The notes beneath the pieces were generated by a model. It did not search any database and had not been told where the DNA came from. It worked only from the letters and a program-made list of their open reading frames with translations. A stretch of 54,961 bases of DNA from Bacteroidaceae bacterium (GTDB lineage: Bacteria > Pseudomonadota > Alphaproteobacteria > RF32 > CAG-239): positions 52,573-107,533 of the forward strand of contig CAVKTH010000001.1 of assembly GCA_963659495.1 (NCBI GenBank), in the 5' to 3' direction. The translations under genes were made by a program, and so were the position numbers. Shown here in pieces: positions 16,619 through 24,814 of the stretch (position 1 is the first letter of the stretch; each line of letters begins with the position of its first letter).

Positions 16619-18013
16619 ATGTTTTCTGGATATAGTAGAAAAATTCCTTCGTATAAAAAATTTAACCATATTGAATTACTTAATATGGATGATTTTTCTT
16701 TTCAATTATTGAGAAAGAATCTTAAACAGCGCAATAGACTGTATTTGGGAAAGAATAAAGCTCAAAAGATTGATCGATTACTAAAAAATAAAAGAACGCC
16801 TTATGGTTCTCCTCATATTTCTCGACCACGAGCAGAATTAGTGAGATGCATGAAACAATTTCATCCTTCTGAGATTTTAGACACTTTTAATTCCAATAGA
16901 AATTCAAAGAATTGGTTATCTGGAAACAATCGTAAAAAAGTTATAAATCGAGATATTTATATTTCAAATTTTTCTTTTATTGATGCCCCTAATCAAACTT
17001 TAGAATATTTCTATAAATTAGCAGAGTATGAGCCTTATGCATTAAAAGCTTCTATTAGTTTTGCTGATGATCAAGTGTTGGATATAGCACCTTATTTATT
17101 ATTTGGTCTAATTCAACGAGATATGTATCCTTTTATTTTAAACGGTAGAATAAAATCTGGAATTACTAATATTATAGAAAGATTAAATCTAGATAAATTT
17201 ATGGGAATTACTATTGAAAAACATCAATATAATCCTAACATTTACGCTTTACCTTTATCTTACAAGCCAACAAGGGAAAATCTTGCATCAACAAATGTTT
17301 CTACATTAGAAGTCGAAGTAACTAGACTTATTCAGAAAATAGATGAATGGCTTTCTAAATTAAATCCACCTATGGTTTTAACTGATGATGGTAAGAGTTA
17401 TGTTCAAATATTTTCTAGCGAAATTTTAGATAATGCTCAGCGACATAGTATTATCGGGAAAGAGGGAAATTGGGCAATGGCTGGTTTTATGGAATATAGA
17501 GAGGAGAAATATCATTGTTGTCTATCATTTCTAAACACAGGCTTACCAATATATAAGACTATTATTAAAACGGAAAACTCGACTGTCGCTGAAGGATTAA
17601 AACAATATATTAATCAGCATAAAGAAGTAGATAAAGACATTCTAGCTACTGTTTTTGCTCTTCAAGACGGATCCACCCGGGAAAATTACCTAGGAAGTAA
17701 AGGTGGCGTCGGAATGATGAAAATGATAAAATTTATTAATGAAATTGGAGAAACGGATGAGGATCTTAAACCAGTGATATCTATTTTGACAGGAAATGTT
17801 TGCATTCGTTTTACTGATAAATACAGAAATATAGATAATGATTCTCGTTCTAGAAATATCCAATGGTTTAATGAAAAAGAAACACCAGATTTGCCTCCTG
17901 ATAAAAATTATGCTTTCTTATTGAAAAAATATTTTCCAGGAACTATAATAACAACAAGATTTATTCTTGATGAAAAAACTTTGAGAAAGAAATTAAAAAA
18001 TGACAACGAATAA
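16619..18013 (+). CDS. GHKL (Bergerat-fold, HATPase_c-like) ATPase/kinase with an uncharacterised ~250-aa N-terminal region
   Basis: N-box SSEILDNAQRHS, G1-like SFLNTGLPI, G2 GSKGGVGMMKMIKF and terminal PGTIITTRF appear in canonical order. Confidence 0.6.
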   Translation: MFSGYSRKIPSYKKFNHIELLNMDDFSFQLLRKNLKQRNRLYLGKNKAQKIDRLLKNKRTPYGSPHISRPRAELVRCMKQFHPSEILDTFNSNRNSKNWLSGNNRKKVINRDIYISNFSFIDAPNQTLEYFYKLAEYEPYALKASISFADDQVLDIAPYLLFGLIQRDMYPFILNGRIKSGITNIIERLNLDKFMGITIEKHQYNPNIYALPLSYKPTRENLASTNVSTLEVEVTRLIQKIDEWLSKLNPPMVLTDDGKSYVQIFSSEILDNAQRHSIIGKEGNWAMAGFMEYREEKYHCCLSFLNTGLPIYKTIIKTENSTVAEGLKQYINQHKEVDKDILATVFALQDGSTRENYLGSKGGVGMMKMIKFINEIGETDEDLKPVISILTGNVCIRFTDKYRNIDNDSRSRNIQWFNEKETPDLPPDKNYAFLLKKYFPGTIITTRFILDEKTLRKKLKNDNE

Positions 18014-18323
18014 AACAAAAACAATTGATTTGGAGCAATTTGCTCAAGGTAGAATTACTTTATTGGCTGCAAAACCTAAAGGTGCTGATGCTCGTACGGC
18101 ATTAAGTATAGATGATTTAGATAAAAGTGATGATGTTGTTGATGTATTAATTCCAGATTATATTATTACACTTACTCCTTCTTTTTTCTTAGGATTATTT
18201 TCAAAAAGCTTGGATTATTTGGGGGAAGAAAAATTTTTTCAAAAGTATCATTTCAAAAATGCTAAATTTAGCATACAGCAACAAATCAAAAGTGGTGTAG
18301 ATGATTGGAAAAATGCACAATGA
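18000..18323 (+). CDS. STAS-like (DUF4325-like) small partner protein
   Basis: 14-nt overlap with the ATPase gene. VVDVLIPDYIITLTPSFFLGLFSKSL resembles the DUF4325/STAS-like core from memory. Confidence 0.45.
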   Translation: MTTNKTKTIDLEQFAQGRITLLAAKPKGADARTALSIDDLDKSDDVVDVLIPDYIITLTPSFFLGLFSKSLDYLGEEKFFQKYHFKNAKFSIQQQIKSGVDDWKNAQ

Positions 18324-18895
18324 AAAAGTTTGTAACCGTTGTAATTATATATTTATTGTTTGTTGTAATAAGTTTTATTTCTTATAAGGATGGTATCTGG
18401 GGATTTAAATTGCCAGATACTTTGGCTATTTTTAGCGGAATATTATCACTTTATGTTTTATATGAGGAATATTCAAACAGAAATAAAGATAATGATAGAA
18501 GTATTTATATTCAGCCCTTGCTTTTTGAGTTCGCAACACTCAGAGACTTAGAAAATAAAGTAGATATCATTGATAAAATGTCTATTCATGATCCAATTGA
18601 AAAACGTCAAGATGACTTGAATAATTTACAGAAAAGTATAACAAACCTTGCATTAAGAATCTCTAATAGATTACAACAAGCAGATCAGCGTTTTAATTTA
18701 AAAAATAAAAAAGTTTTTGAAGATTTTTTAGAAGAAAAAGTTTATAATAAATGTGTACACTTATCACAAAATTTACTAAAAGATTATATTGAAATAACAA
18801 CTTTTCAAAATGATGCTAATGAACTAAAAAGCAACATATTAAATTTAGAAAACTTACTAAATGGTATAATAAATCAAATATCTGATGCATTATAA
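18320..18895 (+). CDS. N-terminal 2-TM protein with a helical cytoplasmic domain (candidate membrane effector)
   Basis: ATGA overlap with the previous stop. TM1 FVTVVIIYLLFVVISFISY and TM2 LAIFSGILSLYVLY, followed by Lys/Asn/Glu/Leu-rich helices. Confidence 0.55.
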   Translation: MKKFVTVVIIYLLFVVISFISYKDGIWGFKLPDTLAIFSGILSLYVLYEEYSNRNKDNDRSIYIQPLLFEFATLRDLENKVDIIDKMSIHDPIEKRQDDLNNLQKSITNLALRISNRLQQADQRFNLKNKKVFEDFLEEKVYNKCVHLSQNLLKDYIEITTFQNDANELKSNILNLENLLNGIINQISDAL

Positions 18896-19024
18896 AAGAG
18901 TAATGGGGTCCTTCCACTGAGTAGTTCGTATGCGGGGGCGCAAGCCGCGTTAAAAATCTAGTCAAACAACTTTTTGTTTACTGGTCGCCCATCTTATAAA
19001 CATTAGGATTCATAAGGCCTACAG

Positions 19025-19095
19025 CGGAATATGAAAATATTCCGGCTGGTCATTGGTCATTTTTGCTGGTCATTTTGGCTGGTCGGTTTTCATTT
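19025..19095 (+). promoter_or_regulatory. perfect hairpin cggaatat-gaaa-atattccg followed by four tandem TGGTC(A/G)(T/G)TTT repeats
   Basis: Hairpin at 19025-19044. TGGTC copies at about 19047, 19055, 19067 and 19079, and a fifth at about 18984. It lies immediately upstream of the ParB-methylase gene. Confidence 0.5.
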
Positions 19096-19098
19096 TAA

Positions 19099-20364
19099 AT
19101 GGAGTTTATTATGGAGTTTCACGCCACGTTTCCGGTTGCGGATTTAATTCCGTATGCCCGCAATTCACGCACGCATAACGAAGATCAAATCGCTCAGATT
19201 ATGGCGAGTATTAAGGAATTCGGTTTTACCAATCCGATTTTAATCGGTGGCGACAATGTCATTATCGCCGGACACGGACGCTTGCTCGCCGCTCAGAGGC
19301 TTGGTCTAAAAGAAGTTCCGATAATCTGTTTGCCGGACTTGACTGAAACTCAGCGCAAAGCTCTGATTATCGCCGACAACAAAATCGCCATGAACGCCGG
19401 TTGGGATGAGGAAATGTTGGCTCTGGAAATGAAAGAGCTTGAAGAAAGCGATTTTAATCTTGATATTTTAGGTTTCAGCGAAGACGAGCTTAAAGAGTTT
19501 GAAAACTTTGGCGAACCTCAAACAGAGGCGAAATCGGAAGAGGACGAAATCCCCGAAGCTCCGGTAGAACCGATAACCAAACGTGGCGACGTGTGGATTT
19601 TGGGCGAACATCGTTTGATGTGCGGCGACACCACGATGTTTGACGATATGCGAAAATTGATGCGAGACAACCGAGCCGCCATGATATTCACGGATCCGCC
19701 GTATAATGTGAATTACGGCTCGACAATGAAAGACAGCATTCGCTATCACGCCGGAACGCTTGGCGGGCGTAAAATTATGAATGACAACCTCGGCGATGGT
19801 TTCCCTCAATTTTTGACCGACAGCTTGTCAAATCTTTTGATGTTTTGCCAAGGCGCCGTTTATGTTTGCATGAGTTCCAGCGAACTGCACACGCTTTACA
19901 ACGCTTTTATCGCCGCCGGTGGCAAATGGTCGACTTTTATAATCTGGGTGAAAAACACCTTCACGCTCGGACGAGCCGACTATCAACGCCAGTACGAGCC
20001 GATACTTTACGGCTGGAACGCAGACAAGCCTCATTATTGGTGCGGAGACCGAGACCAATCTGATGTTTGGGAGTATAACAAGCCGGTAAAGAACGATTTG
20101 CATCCGACAATGAAACCGGTGGAACTGGTTGAACGAGCGATTTTGAACAGTTCAAAATCCGGCGATATTGTTTTGGACGGCTTTGGCGGTTCCGGTTCCA
20201 CGCTGATCGCCTGCGAGAAAAATAACCGCAAGGCTCGTTTAATGGAACTTGATCCGAAATTTTGCGACGTGATTGTCAAACGCTGGGAGGATTACACCGG
20301 AGAAAAAGCGGTACTGCAAAATTCTGAAGAAAAAACGGAAAATAGTGTCGAATTAACTGGATAA
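19099..20364 (+). CDS. ParB/Srx-like nuclease domain fused to an N6-adenine/N4-cytosine DNA methyltransferase
   Basis: NPILIGGDNVIIAGHGRLLAA (ParB-like N-terminus), FTDPPYNV (motif IV) and LDGFGGSGSTLIAC (motif I). Confidence 0.9.
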   Translation: MEFIMEFHATFPVADLIPYARNSRTHNEDQIAQIMASIKEFGFTNPILIGGDNVIIAGHGRLLAAQRLGLKEVPIICLPDLTETQRKALIIADNKIAMNAGWDEEMLALEMKELEESDFNLDILGFSEDELKEFENFGEPQTEAKSEEDEIPEAPVEPITKRGDVWILGEHRLMCGDTTMFDDMRKLMRDNRAAMIFTDPPYNVNYGSTMKDSIRYHAGTLGGRKIMNDNLGDGFPQFLTDSLSNLLMFCQGAVYVCMSSSELHTLYNAFIAAGGKWSTFIIWVKNTFTLGRADYQRQYEPILYGWNADKPHYWCGDRDQSDVWEYNKPVKNDLHPTMKPVELVERAILNSSKSGDIVLDGFGGSGSTLIACEKNNRKARLMELDPKFCDVIVKRWEDYTGEKAVLQNSEEKTENSVELTG

Positions 20365-20386
20365 GTTCCAAAAAGCAAGCATTCAT
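20355..20386 (+). promoter_or_regulatory. bipartite motif copy E: AACTGGA-N13-GCAAGCATTCAT
   Basis: Half-sites at 20355-20361 and 20375-20386. It overlaps the methylase stop, 36 nt upstream of the 20422 ATG. Confidence 0.5.
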
Positions 20387-20421
20387 TGACTTGTAAACAT
20401 TAACAAAAAAAGGAACTTAAA

Positions 20422-20745
20422 ATGAAAACAGTCAAAACCTACATGGTAAGAAAACCAAGCGACATTGAAGAAGTAATCAGCACCACGGCGGCAAATCGCC
20501 ACAACTTTGAAATCGCGGAGATTGCGGAAACAATCAAGTTAACACCCGAGCAATATCAGGCCATTTGTGAAAATCCGCTCAACGATTACGATTTTTTGAA
20601 TGGCAAGGGCGGATACAATGTCCATAACGGCGTTGAATATCGGCAAGTGGTGGAATTAACCTGCAATAACGAGCAACCGCTTTACGCCGACCCGTCAGGC
20701 TCGAGTTACTGTCGTTACCTAGGCGTTAATATTGCGAACGAGTGA
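20422..20745 (+). CDS. hypothetical early protein
   Basis: 107-aa ORF with RBS aaaggaac, preceded by motif copy E. Confidence 0.5.
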   Translation: MKTVKTYMVRKPSDIEEVISTTAANRHNFEIAEIAETIKLTPEQYQAICENPLNDYDFLNGKGGYNVHNGVEYRQVVELTCNNEQPLYADPSGSSYCRYLGVNIANE

Positions 20746-20766
20746 CAAACAGAAACATTAGAAACA

Positions 20767-20797
20767 AGCGCGCGGAAAACAAACCGGCGCTTTTTTT
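20767..20797 (+). terminator. intrinsic terminator
   Basis: agcgcgcgg...ccggcgct stem with one bulge, then T7. Confidence 0.5.
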
Positions 20798-20967
20798 CTT
20801 TGTGTTTTGCCCGTGCGTGGGCTGTTTCAGAGAGTGATAATCATAGCGGTATATTTGTACGAGAAAAAAGTTTTAACGCGGCTACGACGAATATTTGACG
20901 AGTTATTTGCCTATATTCAAATTATTATTTATTTTCAATATATTATAATCAAAAAATATGCGTTATT

Positions 20968-20999
20968 GACTGGACTTTATTGTGTTTCCAAGCATTCAT
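20968..20999 (+). promoter_or_regulatory. bipartite motif copy A: GACTGGA-N13-CCAAGCATTCAT
   Basis: Half-sites at 20968-20974 and 20988-20999. Confidence 0.5.
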
Positions 21000-21058
21000 T
21001 GAGTTAGCAAAGGCAAGATAGCCTTGGCGTTAACTAAAATTAGAAAAGGAACGAAAAA

Positions 21059-21265
21059 ATGACAAACAAAGTAAGATATCCGGAAATCCACGTGCAACTA
21101 GTTGGTCTGGACGGCAACGCGTTCGCCATAATCGGCAGATGCCGCGAAGCCATGCGCAGAGCAAAATTAGGTCACACGGAAATTAAACAATTTACCGATG
21201 AAGCGACCAGCGGCGATTACAATCACCTGCTAATAACTTGCATGGAATGGTTTGACGTGGATTAA
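21059..21265 (+). CDS. hypothetical small early protein
   Basis: 68 aa. The RBS context gaaaaggaacgaaaaaatg is repeated at the next gene. Confidence 0.55.
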   Translation: MTNKVRYPEIHVQLVGLDGNAFAIIGRCREAMRRAKLGHTEIKQFTDEATSGDYNHLLITCMEWFDVD

Positions 21266-21273
21266 AGAACTAC

Positions 21274-21293
21274 GGCGGGGTTGACGCCCCGCC
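21274..21293 (+). terminator. GC-rich hairpin GGCGGGG-N6-CCCCGCC (copy 1)
   Basis: ggcggggttgacgccccgcc, directly after the stop codon. No long T tract follows. Confidence 0.5.
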
Positions 21294-21321
21294 ACAATGA
21301 ATGCAAGAAAAGGAACGAAAA

Positions 21322-21816
21322 ATGAAAAAATTATTCATAATTAAAAATACCCGAAACAAAGCGTGTGGTTTATGGGGAACAGCCTGCGGAACATTCGGCG
21401 CGGAAATAGTTGAAGAACTTTGGAATATCTCCTCAATGTTAGTTCACGAAATTGGCGACTTTGATTCCAATCAAACACAAAAATTATTGGATAGTCCTTG
21501 GGGCAAGCTCTTAATTGGCGAATTTTGCAATGATATTGAAAACGGAGTTTTTATAAAAGCATTTATAAAAAAGATGACAAAAGAATGTTTACGCAATGAT
21601 TATGATTACTATGTGAAACAATTAAACAAAAAGACTGCAACAGAAAAAAACTACATAAAATATGAAAAATTCTGCGCCGAACTTGAAAAATTGAGCCGAA
21701 AATACGGAATAGTAATTCAAGCAGTCGGAGGTGTTCACCGGATGACAGATGATTTTATCGGATATAATCCCGACCTTGACAGTAAAGATTTAATGCCGAT
21801 ATGGAAAGACGATTAG
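21322..21816 (+). CDS. hypothetical early protein
   Basis: MKKLFIIKN...; the same RBS context as 21059. Confidence 0.5.
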   Translation: MKKLFIIKNTRNKACGLWGTACGTFGAEIVEELWNISSMLVHEIGDFDSNQTQKLLDSPWGKLLIGEFCNDIENGVFIKAFIKKMTKECLRNDYDYYVKQLNKKTATEKNYIKYEKFCAELEKLSRKYGIVIQAVGGVHRMTDDFIGYNPDLDSKDLMPIWKDD

Positions 21817-21826
21817 CTTAAACTCC

Positions 21827-21846
21827 GGCGGGGTTTTCGCCCCGCC
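21827..21846 (+). terminator. GC-rich hairpin GGCGGGG-N6-CCCCGCC (copy 2)
   Basis: ggcggggttttcgccccgcc. Confidence 0.5.
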
Positions 21847-21887
21847 TAAATCTCTCTGTGCTATTTCTTCAAAATTAATTCGGAAAG

Positions 21888-21919
21888 AACTGGACTTCAG
21901 TTGAATACCAAGCATTCAT
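21888..21919 (+). promoter_or_regulatory. bipartite motif copy B: AACTGGA-N13-CCAAGCATTCAT
   Basis: Half-sites at 21888-21894 and 21908-21919. Confidence 0.5.
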
Positions 21920-21977
21920 TGAGTTAGCAAAGGCTGAGGTAGCCAGCGCATTAACATAACAGAGAAGGAAATAAAAA

Positions 21978-22346
21978 ATGATTACATGGTATCACGAAAC
22001 AAAACAAGCACCGGATTTTGACAAACGCATTGCCCGCTGTGAGGAAGACGGAACTTGGGCTTATATGGACGAGATTGAAAAAGCTGACGCTGAACTAGAA
22101 AAGTTTAAAGCAAAGAAAGCTAAAACGCCGCGTGGTAAACGCGATGTGGTTGACGAACTGATAAAGCACGAACTCATTAAAGTCGACGAAATAATCAATA
22201 TTTTGGAGTTTTTGGGTATAGTTCCGATTCCGCCTAAAGGATACCTATCTGAAAGCGATGGTTGGTGTTGGTTTGAAGCCAATCCAACACGAGAAGAAAA
22301 GTTAAAAGTTTTAGAGGCTTTAAATTATGACATAAGCAGGCTTTAG
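21978..22346 (+). CDS. hypothetical early protein
   Basis: 122-aa ORF preceded by motif copy B and followed by hairpin copy 3. Confidence 0.5.
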   Translation: MITWYHETKQAPDFDKRIARCEEDGTWAYMDEIEKADAELEKFKAKKAKTPRGKRDVVDELIKHELIKVDEIINILEFLGIVPIPPKGYLSESDGWCWFEANPTREEKLKVLEALNYDISRL

Positions 22347-22356
22347 GTTAAACTTG

Positions 22357-22376
22357 GCGGGGTTAACGCCCCGCCT
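22357..22376 (+). terminator. GC-rich hairpin GGCGGGG-N6-CCCCGCC (copy 3)
   Basis: ggcggggttaacgccccgcc. Confidence 0.5.
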
Positions 22377-22416
22377 AAATTTCTCTGTGCTGTTTCTTCG
22401 ATTTTAATTCAGAAAA

Positions 22417-22448
22417 GACTGGACTTTCACTGAAATCCAAGCATTCAT
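22417..22448 (+). promoter_or_regulatory. bipartite motif copy C: GACTGGA-N13-CCAAGCATTCAT
   Basis: Half-sites at 22417-22423 and 22437-22448. Confidence 0.5.
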
Positions 22449-22507
22449 TGAATTGTAAGCAAAGACCAGGTGGTCAATGCGAAAACGTAAAGAAAAGGAA
22501 AATTAAA

Positions 22508-22762
22508 ATGTTAAAAAATAACAACGAAATGGACGATAAAATCAAACTGGCTATTATAACCGGCAACGTACAAGCTATGGAGGCTATTCTTAAAGACATA
22601 ACAAAACACGTGTCAGACGCCAAAGAAGGTTTAACATGGGAAAACGCCAATGGCGATCTTGAACGCGTAAGCTGCACTTTAGGCGGATTGATGGGAATTG
22701 ATGAATCAATCAACGCTCTAAAAGCCTTGGTGGAGGCTTCCTTCTGCATCGGCAAACGTTAA
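22508..22762 (+). CDS. hypothetical small early protein
   Basis: MLKNNNEMDDK...; internal ATG with RBS aaaggaaa. The upstream part of the track ORF covers the promoter motif. Confidence 0.45.
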   Translation: MLKNNNEMDDKIKLAIITGNVQAMEAILKDITKHVSDAKEGLTWENANGDLERVSCTLGGLMGIDESINALKALVEASFCIGKR

Positions 22763-22890
22763 AGCAAATTACGCGGCGGAGCTTAAACACACCGCCAGCG
22801 AGCCACAAAGTCCCAAAACAGCTGGACTTTCGGCCGTTCAAGGAATGCTTATTTACCGAGTTCCTTTTCTGCTTTTCCGCGAACGGCGCG

Positions 22891-22920
22891 GATAAACGGG
22901 ACGTGACAGCCCCGTTTATC
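22891..22920. other. perfect 10-bp hairpin gataaacggg-N10-cccgtttatc
   Basis: Read directly from the sequence. It lies in the 296-nt non-coding gap before the second C5-methylase. Confidence 0.4.
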
Positions 22921-23058
22921 TATATCTGAAACAAGCCTCGCAACCGGCGAAATAACGCGCTTTTCGACGTTTTATAAAATCGCGCGGTATATTGTACGCT
23001 TGTTATATCTAACCTTTAAGTGCCTTAAGCGGGCTCTTTTTTTATTGGGAAAATCAAT

Positions 23059-24393
23059 TTGAGAGTTTTAAGTTTGTTTGACGGCATATCCTGCGGACGC
23101 ATCGCCCTTGAACGCGCCGGAATTCCGGTTGATGTTTACTACGCCAGCGAAATTGACAAGTACGCCTCTACCGTGTCTCAAAAAAATTATCCAGACATCA
23201 TTCGTTTGGGCGATATTCGCGAGATTGATTTTTCTCAATTTACCGGCAAAATAGATTTGCTTATCGGCGGAAGTCCGTGCCAGGATTTGTCAATCGCCAA
23301 ACAAAATCGGCAAGGATTGTCCGGCGAGCGTTCCGGTTTGTTTTGGAAGTATGTCGAGGCTTTGAGAATTATTAAACCAAAACATTTTTTGCTTGAAAAC
23401 GTGGCCTCGATGAGCAAGGAAAACAAACAAGCGATTTCGGAAGCTCTTGGCGTCGAACCGGTTTTGATAAACTCGGCTTTGGTTTCGGCTCAGCAGCGCA
23501 AACGGCTTTATTGGTGCGATTGGCCTGTCGAACAGCCGGAGGATAAAGGAATATTGCTAAAAAGCGTTTTGGAAAGCGGTCAACCCTACACCGCTAAAAG
23601 TTACTGTTTAACCTCCAATTACAAAGGAGCGTATTTTAACCACAGTTTGATTACCAAACAGCGTTCAATGGTCGCCGAACCATTGCTGGTAGCTGAAAAC
23701 ACGAAAAAAGGATACACGGAAATAAATCAAGGCGAATGTTTTGACAACGCTTTTCCAAACAGCCACACCCGACGAGGTCGCAAAATGGAGAAAAAAGCCA
23801 ATTGTCTGACGGCAATTATCCCGCAATTTTTTCAGTATCTTGGATGCGCTCTAAGGACCAGAAACAAAACCAAGCGTTTGGAAGTCCGCAAGGACAATAA
23901 AGCCAACGCCTTGACTTCGGTTACGACAGACAGCGGAGTTTGCGTCGGCATCGCGGTGAAAAGCGTCGACAAATTCCGTAAGATAAAGACAATCAACCCG
24001 GAAAAATCCGACACTTTAATCGCCGGTTATTATAAAGCGCCGTTCAACCAGCAATCAACGGGCGTGTTTGCTCCCGTCGTGGTCGGATCTTGCGGTAAAC
24101 CGTGCCAAGGCAACAGAGTGTATTCGGTGCGTGGCAAATCGGTTTGTTTAAGTGCCAACGGCGGCGGCAAAGGATCTAAAACCGGATTGTATAAAATAGA
24201 TTTGCCGGACGGAGACTATTATGTACGCAAATTGACGCCGTTGGAATGCGAGCGTTTGCAAACCTTGCCGGACGATTATACCGTCGGTGTCAGCGACACG
24301 CAAAGATACAAGGCCATTGGAAACGGCTGGACCGTTGACGTCATAGCGCATATTTTTAAAGAACTGCTTAAAAGCGAAAAGCGTGAATGTTAA
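23059..24393 (+). CDS. DNA (cytosine-5)-methyltransferase (second copy, different lineage)
   Basis: Motif I LFDGISCG, motif IV GGSPCQDLS, motif VI LLENV, motif VIII QQRKRLYW, motif X GNGWTVDV. TTG start. Confidence 0.9.
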   Translation: MRVLSLFDGISCGRIALERAGIPVDVYYASEIDKYASTVSQKNYPDIIRLGDIREIDFSQFTGKIDLLIGGSPCQDLSIAKQNRQGLSGERSGLFWKYVEALRIIKPKHFLLENVASMSKENKQAISEALGVEPVLINSALVSAQQRKRLYWCDWPVEQPEDKGILLKSVLESGQPYTAKSYCLTSNYKGAYFNHSLITKQRSMVAEPLLVAENTKKGYTEINQGECFDNAFPNSHTRRGRKMEKKANCLTAIIPQFFQYLGCALRTRNKTKRLEVRKDNKANALTSVTTDSGVCVGIAVKSVDKFRKIKTINPEKSDTLIAGYYKAPFNQQSTGVFAPVVVGSCGKPCQGNRVYSVRGKSVCLSANGGGKGSKTGLYKIDLPDGDYYVRKLTPLECERLQTLPDDYTVGVSDTQRYKAIGNGWTVDVIAHIFKELLKSEKREC

Positions 24394-24403
24394 ATTCACG
24401 CTT
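24379..24403. terminator. bidirectional hairpin between convergent genes
   Basis: 10-bp perfect stem aagcgtgaat/attcacgctt with loop gttaa, enclosing the methylase stop. Confidence 0.55.
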
Positions 24404-24418
24404 CGCCTGCTTGTTAGT

Positions 24419-24721
24419 TCATTCTTTAATTAAACGAAACGTGCGAACGCCTTGAATTTTCTCGGAAACAAGTTTGTGTTCCGGATGATTTTTGACGTAA
24501 ATCGACATCGCTCCGCGAACAGAGTTTTCCAACCAGTTGAGTTTTGCCGCCAACTCTTTGAGACTGCTTCCGTTTTCCGCCGAAAGCAACTCCACCATCA
24601 ATTTGGTTTTGTTTATTTTAACCGGTTTTGACACGGTTTCCAAAGCGATTTTTTCGGTTGGTTGCTCTTTTTCATCAAGAGTTTTAGCTTCATCGTTTGC
24701 TGTTTGAATTGTTTTAGTCAT
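24419..24721 (-). CDS. DUF3489-like small winged-helix protein
   Basis: LMVELLSAENGSSLKELAAKLNWLENSVRGAMSIYVK resembles DUF3489 from memory. Confidence 0.45.
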   Translation of the reverse strand: MTKTIQTANDEAKTLDEKEQPTEKIALETVSKPVKINKTKLMVELLSAENGSSLKELAAKLNWLENSVRGAMSIYVKNHPEHKLVSEKIQGVRTFRLIKE

Positions 24722-24814
24722 AACGTATCCTTTCTAAAATGGTTGATTCACAATCACACTAATGCTTGGAAAAAAGAATTTATCCAGTACAATCTTGCGA
24801 AATAAGGAAAAAAG

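Noticed and set aside
18896-18982. GC-rich patch (gggggcgcaagccgcg) after the three-gene island, considered as a structured ncRNA or GNRA hairpin
   Set aside because: Only a 3-bp stem around a GCAA loop can be drawn, with no flanking conserved structure. That is insufficient evidence.
20807-21007. 66-aa ORF in the 20746-21058 gap
   Set aside because: It is Ile/Tyr/Leu-rich low-complexity sequence with no RBS. It runs across a terminator-proximal region and bipartite motif copy A, so I treat the gap as regulatory DNA.
20355-22448. Sigma-54 (-24/-12) interpretation of CTGGA...N13...GCATT
   Set aside because: Sigma-54 promoters need GG and GC elements about 10 nt apart (TGGCAC-N5-TTGC). Here the conserved blocks are about 18 nt apart and there is no conserved TTGC at the right distance.
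20930-22500. Repeated intergenic modules considered as a CRISPR-like array
   Set aside because: The repeat units are about 95 nt, are separated by 200-500-bp protein-coding genes with RBSs, and contain terminator and promoter-like parts. This is not the 25-40-nt repeat and spacer periodicity of CRISPR.
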